DNA of 64,000 bases from Candidatus Multivoradales bacterium (GTDB lineage: Bacteria > Acidobacteriota > Thermoanaerobaculia > Multivoradales > J023). The stretch is from positions 2,880,001 to 2,944,000 of the forward strand of contig CBDFLE010000006.1 in assembly GCA_965248925.1 (NCBI GenBank), read 5' to 3'. Of this stretch, positions 58,377-64,000 are shown one piece after another. Within the stretch, counting starts at the first letter, position 1. Each line of letters starts with the position of its first letter. Both the position numbers and the translations under genes were made by a program. The notes under the pieces are model-generated. The model was given only the letters and a program-made list of their open reading frames with translations. It was not told the origin of the DNA and did no database searches.

Positions 58377-60253
58377 TCAAGCACCACGGCAAGTTGGCTC
58401 AGGTCCATCCCGAGATGCCCCAACTGGTCGACGACTGGCTCGCCGCTCGCGGTCAATCTTGGCGGCAGCTCGAGCGCGGCGAGATCAAGATCCCCGGCGA
58501 CGGGACCCCGCTGGACAACCTCCAGTTGTTCCTCATGCTCAACGACCCGGTGCTGTTTGCAGAGTGCTTCTTACACGAGAAGCCCGAGAACGGAGGCGGG
58601 CTGTGGAAGCTCTTCGACTACCAAAAGGCGTCACTCCGCTGGCAGGGCGACGTCCTCAACAAATCAGGTGCCGGGGTCGGCAAGACCCGCGAGCTAGTAA
58701 TCCTCACACTCTGGGGTCTGATCGCTCGCGAAGGCGGCATTCTGATCGTCGGCAATGCCGACGGCACACTAGAAGAGATCTGGGATGTCATCGAGTTCCA
58801 GCGGCGAAAATCCCCCTTCATCGGGCAGGAGCTCCCCGCCGCAGGCATCAAGCTCAACCCTTACAGATCCATCGCCGCGCGCAACGGCAACAAACTTCGC
58901 TGCCGCCCCACAGGCTTCCGTGGGGAGCCGCTGCGAAGCCTCCACATTAACCAGCTAATCCTCGGTGACGAGGCGGCGATGTGGAAGAACGGGAGAATCT
59001 ACAACGAGCTTTTCCGCGCTGCCGAACACGGTTGCAGAGTGCGGCTCTACTCAGTGCCCGATGGCGACCGGACTTGCCGCTTCTCGAAGATCGCCAAACA
59101 AGCCGTGCCCTTCGACCAGCTGACCGATCGGCCTGCCGCCGGCGAACGGTGCTGGGCGCTCGTGCAGTGGGAAAAGCCCATGATGCCGCCCCCCCACTGG
59201 GGACCCGAGCGGCAAGACGAGTTCGAGCGCCGCTACGGCGGCAGCCACACCAGCGGCTACCAGCAGAACGTCCACGGCCGTGACGGCGACCCGGTCGAAG
59301 CGGTCTTCCCCTGGTCTGTCATCGAGCGCCGCCTTCAGCCCCTGCCCGACTATCGAGTGATTCGCCTGGTCAGCAACACCGAAGAGGGCATTCTCCAGGT
59401 CGCGCGAGAGCGCCTCAATCCCCTCGAGGGACTGTCCGACAGCCGCCAGGAGGCTCTCGCACAGCCCCACATCATCGAGTTCACCGACGAGGTGCCCCTG
59501 GCTCAATTCGACCTTGCCGGGCAGTTGCGTACGTACATTCGCGGACTGATCCCACAGACCGAAGGTCACCTCGTGGCCGGCGTCGATTACGGCTCCCGCG
59601 TCGACCCGTGCGAAGTCTTGATCTTCAAGATACTGGGCCGGCGCCTAAAGCCAGTACTGCGGATCCAGATGAGATCCTTCGGCTACCACTGGCAGCGCGA
59701 GGTGACCATGGCGCTGCACGAAGTCTTGCCCATCGATCACGGTTGGGGCCTCGACGCCACCGGGGTCGGCAGCGCTGCAGAAGACGAGTTTCGCGCTGCC
59801 CTGAGGGATCCGGAAGCCGTCTCCGGATTCGTTTGGAACCGCAAGGTCGAATCCCAAAGTCCCGAGACCGGCGAGACCAAAGAGGACCCGGCCACCCATC
59901 AACCTCGGCGCGTCACGCTCCTCGAGCAGGCCATCTCACTCCTCGAGCACGCCCTCCAGCACGGGCATCTCGACTTCCCGGCCGATACCGATTGGCTAGA
60001 TCAGTTCCCGTCCTACACCGCCACGGTCAGCGGCGCCGATCGTCGTTTCAAGAGCAAAGACGACCACTTGGTGTCGGCAGCGGCAGCGGCCATTCTGCGC
60101 TGGTTCTTGCTCGAGTTCGGCCTCGCTGCCCCCCTCGAGATCCAGGTCATCACCGTCCCCGCCGCAACCCCTGGCGTCCTCCGCGGCATGCTCGGTGGCT
60201 CGGTTCACGACCTCGCCACAGGCCCACTCACCGAACTCTATGGAGGCATCTAG
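58373..60253 (+). CDS. Terminase large subunit
   Basis: GAGVGKT Walker A, ILGDEAA Walker B, AGVDYG and DATGVG nuclease motifs, DDHLVSA. Confidence 0.9.
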   Translation: MIKHHGKLAQVHPEMPQLVDDWLAARGQSWRQLERGEIKIPGDGTPLDNLQLFLMLNDPVLFAECFLHEKPENGGGLWKLFDYQKASLRWQGDVLNKSGAGVGKTRELVILTLWGLIAREGGILIVGNADGTLEEIWDVIEFQRRKSPFIGQELPAAGIKLNPYRSIAARNGNKLRCRPTGFRGEPLRSLHINQLILGDEAAMWKNGRIYNELFRAAEHGCRVRLYSVPDGDRTCRFSKIAKQAVPFDQLTDRPAAGERCWALVQWEKPMMPPPHWGPERQDEFERRYGGSHTSGYQQNVHGRDGDPVEAVFPWSVIERRLQPLPDYRVIRLVSNTEEGILQVARERLNPLEGLSDSRQEALAQPHIIEFTDEVPLAQFDLAGQLRTYIRGLIPQTEGHLVAGVDYGSRVDPCEVLIFKILGRRLKPVLRIQMRSFGYHWQREVTMALHEVLPIDHGWGLDATGVGSAAEDEFRAALRDPEAVSGFVWNRKVESQSPETGETKEDPATHQPRRVTLLEQAISLLEHALQHGHLDFPADTDWLDQFPSYTATVSGADRRFKSKDDHLVSAAAAAILRWFLLEFGLAAPLEIQVITVPAATPGVLRGMLGGSVHDLATGPLTELYGGI

Positions 60254-60555
60254 TGAGTCTCAATCTACGTTTCGATGTCAATAACTCGGCTGGTCCCTTC
60301 GTCGGCAATTGGGACGGCGGTCGATTTACATTCACCGTTGACAGCGCGGCTAACTTCGACGGTGCCACCATCACGATTAAATACCGGCCGTGGGCCAATG
60401 GCAGCCTCACCACCATCAGCGCCGACCTCGAGGATCTCACCGCGCCGCCCCTCCACGCCATAGTCGGCGAGATCGCCCACTGCGAGATCGTCATCGAAAT
60501 CACTGGCGCCACTGCTCAAACCAACATCCCGGTCTATCTGGTACACATGCCGTGA
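60253..60555 (+). CDS. Hypothetical beta-rich protein (100 aa)
   Basis: GGAGG RBS; GTG overlaps the TerL stop. Confidence 0.7.
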   Translation: MSLNLRFDVNNSAGPFVGNWDGGRFTFTVDSAANFDGATITIKYRPWANGSLTTISADLEDLTAPPLHAIVGEIAHCEIVIEITGATAQTNIPVYLVHMP

Positions 60556-61289
60556 CCACAGTCTCCACCCACGCCGCCACCGGAACCGCCACCTGGTCGG
60601 CCACCGGCCGCCCCGATTGGCAAGGCGGGCGCTACCAGCTGCTTACCCACGCCGATCATGGCCTCACCCTCCAGGATGCGGCCGTCGAGCGCTGGTCCGG
60701 CCTCCACGGCGGCGCCTTCGAGCAGCCCGACCCCGCGCTCCGTGGTACCTACCTGGCGGACGCTGGAGATGGCATGCCCGCCGTCCAGTTCGACGCTGGC
60801 CGCTGGATGGTCGCCCACCGCACTCACGGCGGCAGCTTCGTCTCGCTGGTGGTTTGCCAGCCACCAGCCAACGCCTGCACCTACCGCGCCTACTCGCCCA
60901 GCAACCTCACCAGCTCCGCCTACGTCGCCACCCTGGCAGGCAATGCCTGCATCTCCGCCCAGCCCCAGGGCACCAGCCTCAAAGACGCGCCCGCCGCCTG
61001 GTGGGGCAGCGGCTGGGTCGTCTTCCGCCATCAAAGCGACGGCACTATCGCCGGCCATCGCCTGTTCGCCAACGGTGTCGAGATCCCCCTCACCCCCGGC
61101 GTCGTCAGCACAGATCCGGGAACCGCCCGTTGGCACGGCGACCTCTACCTCAACACTTTCAATGACGCGGGGACTTTATCCGCAGGCTGTTCCTATCGGA
61201 CTTTCTGTTGGATGAGCCCACTTCCATCACAGGCCGAAATCGAGCGGCTTGAAGGCCAGCTAGCCGCCAAGTGGGGGCTAGCCCTCTAA
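60552..61289 (+). CDS. LamG/ConA-like beta-sandwich protein
   Basis: VERWSG...Q....TY...GMPAVQFD ... EIERLEGQLAAKWG pattern. Confidence 0.6.
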   Translation: MTTVSTHAATGTATWSATGRPDWQGGRYQLLTHADHGLTLQDAAVERWSGLHGGAFEQPDPALRGTYLADAGDGMPAVQFDAGRWMVAHRTHGGSFVSLVVCQPPANACTYRAYSPSNLTSSAYVATLAGNACISAQPQGTSLKDAPAAWWGSGWVVFRHQSDGTIAGHRLFANGVEIPLTPGVVSTDPGTARWHGDLYLNTFNDAGTLSAGCSYRTFCWMSPLPSQAEIERLEGQLAAKWGLAL

Positions 61290-61299
61290 CGGCGCCGCC

Positions 61300-63828
61300 A
61301 TGACCGTCCTCACTGTTTCCAAGCCCACTCACTGGCTCGAGCGCGAAATGGCCAGCTCCGAGCAAGTCAACCGCGTCTTCACGCGGCCCGGGTCGACGTT
61401 CGTGGAGGACCCACACCCCTCAGAGATCCTCGCCAACCGATCCAAGCCTGGCCAACGCATGGGCCAACTTTACCGGTCCATGCGGCTATCAGATGAAGAT
61501 CTCGGTGGCATCTGCCTCAAACGAGGCGACGAAGTCCTGGCGCTCGATCGCTTGCTGCGCCCCGGAGACGACAGCCCCAAGGCCCGGGAGGCGATGGATC
61601 TCGCCCAATGGAACCTGGCCCAGATCAAGGGCTGGAGCGACCGCCTCCGCCACCTCCATAGCGGCGTATACGACGGTATCGCCATCCTCGAGCTGGTCTG
61701 GGAGCGCCTCAGCAGAGGCCCCTGGTCCCGCGCCTGGGCCATAGTGGACGTGATTGCCCGGCCCATGCACCGCTTTGCCTTCCGCCGCGGCCAGCTCTAC
61801 GTCCGCCGTGCCCTCGGCGACCCCATCCCGGCCCCGCCGAACAAATTCGTCGTATTCCGCCGCGGAGGACTCGATCGCGGTTGGCCCGACGCGCTGATGG
61901 ATAACACCTACTGGTCGTGGTTTCTGAAGAACCATGGCTGGAAGATGTGGGCCATATACCTGCAGAGATTCGGCAACCCAATCCCGGTGGTCACCTTCGA
62001 CACCGGCGGTACACGAGCCTCGAGGGGAGAAGCAATCGAAGGCACTGGCATCGACGCCAATAGCCAAGCCGAAATCGAGAAGGCCTTACGCGCCTTCCAA
62101 ACAGAGCAGGGATTCGCCCTCCCCAAGGAGGTCAAGATCGATCTCCTCGAGTCCAGCCGGTCTGGCGCCAGCTTCGAGACCTTCTCCTCAGCCTGCAGCC
62201 GCCGTCAGGCCCTACTATTCCTGGGCGAGGTCAACACGTCCGGCCTCAACCGGTCGATGGGCTCATTTGCCTCAGACAAGGTTGCCCACAAGGTCTCCAG
62301 GACCAAAACAAAAATCGACTCTCACGACCTCGGAACCACCATCAAAGACCAGCTCCTGAGATGGCTAACCCTGACCAACTTCGGCGATCTGGTCCCCGGC
62401 CCTGCCTACGAGTTCTCCGTCGCCGACCTCGACGATGGAGAGCAGCAGCGCCGCGGCGCCGACAACGTGCTCGAGTCCGGTGAGCCTGTCCCTCGCCGCC
62501 ACTACTACCGCGTCAATCGGGTGCCCGAGCCCCGCCCCGGCGAAGAGGTCATCGTCCGCCACCAAGCTGCGGATCCGCCCATCCAACAGCCGCCCGCGGC
62601 CGAGCTCACCGCCCGTTCGCCGGTCCAGCTCGCCGCGGCCGATCCGACCTCACGGGCTGAGGCTGAGCAGCGCCTCCAAGCCCTCGACCAAATCGCCACC
62701 GAGTTCAGCGGATCGACGATTGACTACTACCAGCAGCTTCGCGAGCAGCTGCTGGTCGCCTGGGACGCTGGCCAAGTCTCCCAGGGCACCGCGCTCACCG
62801 CGGCCCTCTCAGCGCTCGATCCAGCCGCCCACGCCCGCCAACTGCAGACGGCAATGGTCCACAGCACCGGCCTCGGCTTCGCCCATCTCCAGGCCGATGG
62901 ACTGCCGCCTCATCTCTGGTCCTGGCCCGGCCAGCCCGGGCCCCATGACGACGAGCTGCTCGACCTGCCGTTGACCGCCCCGCGCCCGGCCACCCTGGCA
63001 GTCGCTGACGGATTCTCCAACGCCCGGACCCCCGGCACAGCCGCCGACTTCTGGGCCGACCAGTTGTCAATCTCGCGGTCCCTCTTCGACCTCCTCAGCG
63101 ACACCCAACGCCGCCACGCATTCACCGTCGCCGGAGTCAACGACACCCGTCTCTTGCTACGGATTCATCAGCTGATGGCCACAGCGGTCACCAGCGACCT
63201 ATCGCGAGATGACTTCGTCGCGCAGCTCGACCAGCTCTACATCGCCCAGGGCGTCCACCCCACCGCCCGCTGGCACGCCGAGCTGGTCTACAGCAACAAC
63301 GTCCGCCAGGCCCACGGCGCCTTGCGTTGGCAGCAAACCGTCGGCAACCCGGCCGCCCACCGGCTGTTGCCCTACATCGAGTACTTCACTTTCGGCGACG
63401 ATCGCACCCGCGCCCGGCCCGACCACGACCACACCGTCCTCGACGGGCTTGTATTCGCGATCTCACACCCCATTTGGAACACTTGGTGGTTCCCGGCAGG
63501 CCACGGCTGCCGTTGCCTGATCGGCACCATCAATCGCCTCGCCGCCAAGCGCCGCGGCCTGCTCGGCGCCGAGCCCACTGGGCCATGGCCGGGCGACCCC
63601 CACGGCGCCGGCCGAGCCCTGCCGGATCCTGGATTCCGCGGCGTGGCCAGCCTCGAACCTCTCCAAGAGAAGCTCCTAAGCCAATTGAGCGGCCAGGTCT
63701 TCCAAGCCCGTCGTCGCCAGAACGAGGGCGAGCCCGGCGCGTTCGGCCTTTTGCAGGCGCTGCGCCTACTGCTCAACCTCCTGCTCGGTCCCAAGCTTGT
63801 CCGCGCACTCTTCGGAGGCTCCGAATGA
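61300..63828 (+). CDS. Mu gp29-like (DUF935) portal fused to MuF/gp30 head morphogenesis domain
   Basis: GIAILELVW, W..YLQRFGNP in the N-half; AFTVAG, GDDRTR..H..LDG...W....P.GHGCRC in the C-half. Confidence 0.88.
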   Translation: MTVLTVSKPTHWLEREMASSEQVNRVFTRPGSTFVEDPHPSEILANRSKPGQRMGQLYRSMRLSDEDLGGICLKRGDEVLALDRLLRPGDDSPKAREAMDLAQWNLAQIKGWSDRLRHLHSGVYDGIAILELVWERLSRGPWSRAWAIVDVIARPMHRFAFRRGQLYVRRALGDPIPAPPNKFVVFRRGGLDRGWPDALMDNTYWSWFLKNHGWKMWAIYLQRFGNPIPVVTFDTGGTRASRGEAIEGTGIDANSQAEIEKALRAFQTEQGFALPKEVKIDLLESSRSGASFETFSSACSRRQALLFLGEVNTSGLNRSMGSFASDKVAHKVSRTKTKIDSHDLGTTIKDQLLRWLTLTNFGDLVPGPAYEFSVADLDDGEQQRRGADNVLESGEPVPRRHYYRVNRVPEPRPGEEVIVRHQAADPPIQQPPAAELTARSPVQLAAADPTSRAEAEQRLQALDQIATEFSGSTIDYYQQLREQLLVAWDAGQVSQGTALTAALSALDPAAHARQLQTAMVHSTGLGFAHLQADGLPPHLWSWPGQPGPHDDELLDLPLTAPRPATLAVADGFSNARTPGTAADFWADQLSISRSLFDLLSDTQRRHAFTVAGVNDTRLLLRIHQLMATAVTSDLSRDDFVAQLDQLYIAQGVHPTARWHAELVYSNNVRQAHGALRWQQTVGNPAAHRLLPYIEYFTFGDDRTRARPDHDHTVLDGLVFAISHPIWNTWWFPAGHGCRCLIGTINRLAAKRRGLLGAEPTGPWPGDPHGAGRALPDPGFRGVASLEPLQEKLLSQLSGQVFQARRRQNEGEPGAFGLLQALRLLLNLLLGPKLVRALFGGSE

Positions 63829-64000
63829 CTCATGTTCACCGACCACAAGCCGGTCCCTACATTGCCCTCACCGCCGAGGCCGGGATGGTCTGGCTCTTAG
63901 CCCGACCCATCGACCTAACTGAGACCCACGGCTACGACCTCACCGCCGAGCGTCTAGCCCAGATGGCCGCCTCGTACAACCCCGCCATCGAAGCCGCGGC
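63825..64000 (+). CDS. Probable Mu-like prohead protease (partial)
   Basis: ATGA-coupled to the portal; manual translation ...YDLTAERLAQMAASYNPAIEAA resembles protease N-termini; expected position. Confidence 0.55.
   Translation, partial: MTHVHRPQAGPYIALTAEAGMVWLLARPIDLTETHGYDLTAERLAQMAASYNPAIEAA

Larger units (their letters stand above)
30312..64000. mobile_element. Integrated island/prophage region, right end beyond the window
   Basis: Follows tRNA-Arg; integrase, CI/Cro-like switch, replication genes, terminase, portal/MuF; attR not seen. Confidence 0.9.

Noticed and set aside
30312-64000. Diversity-generating retroelement, retron or Mu-type transposable phage
   Set aside because: No reverse transcriptase, TR/VR pair or MuA/MuB in the window; the only DDE transposase belongs to the bounded IS21.

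Overview
GC-rich bacterial window, probably Acidobacteriota-like (inferred from the IPTL-CTERM protein, mglBA and gene order). Bases 1-30.3 kb are host backbone: LysM protein, cpoB, bamD, rpe, PASTA protein, rseP, cdsA, uppS, truA, glycosyltransferases, UvrD/PcrA, glmS, glmU, mglAB, a GGDEF protein, trkHA, a TonB-dependent receptor, a DUF11/IPTL-CTERM protein and three tRNAs. A REP-associated Y1 transposase sits where dxr is usually found. An accessory region starts right after tRNA-Arg(CCG) and runs off the right end. It opens with an orphan gene and a 19-bp tandem array split by a complete four-gene IS21-family element (TTTGG duplication). A SIR2-like gene then abuts a phage integrase. The prophage has a CI/Cro-like switch, early genes, initiator/DnaC-like/DnaB replication genes, a terminase and a Mu-like head module (portal fused to MuF). 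It carries five recombinase-family genes. The least explained feature is a ~750-bp non-coding segment between two tyrosine recombinases that holds a lox-like core site, an IHF-consensus site and two exact copies of the 11-bp repeat found inside the replication initiator gene 5 kb away. All calls come from motif recognition by eye; no database searches were run.
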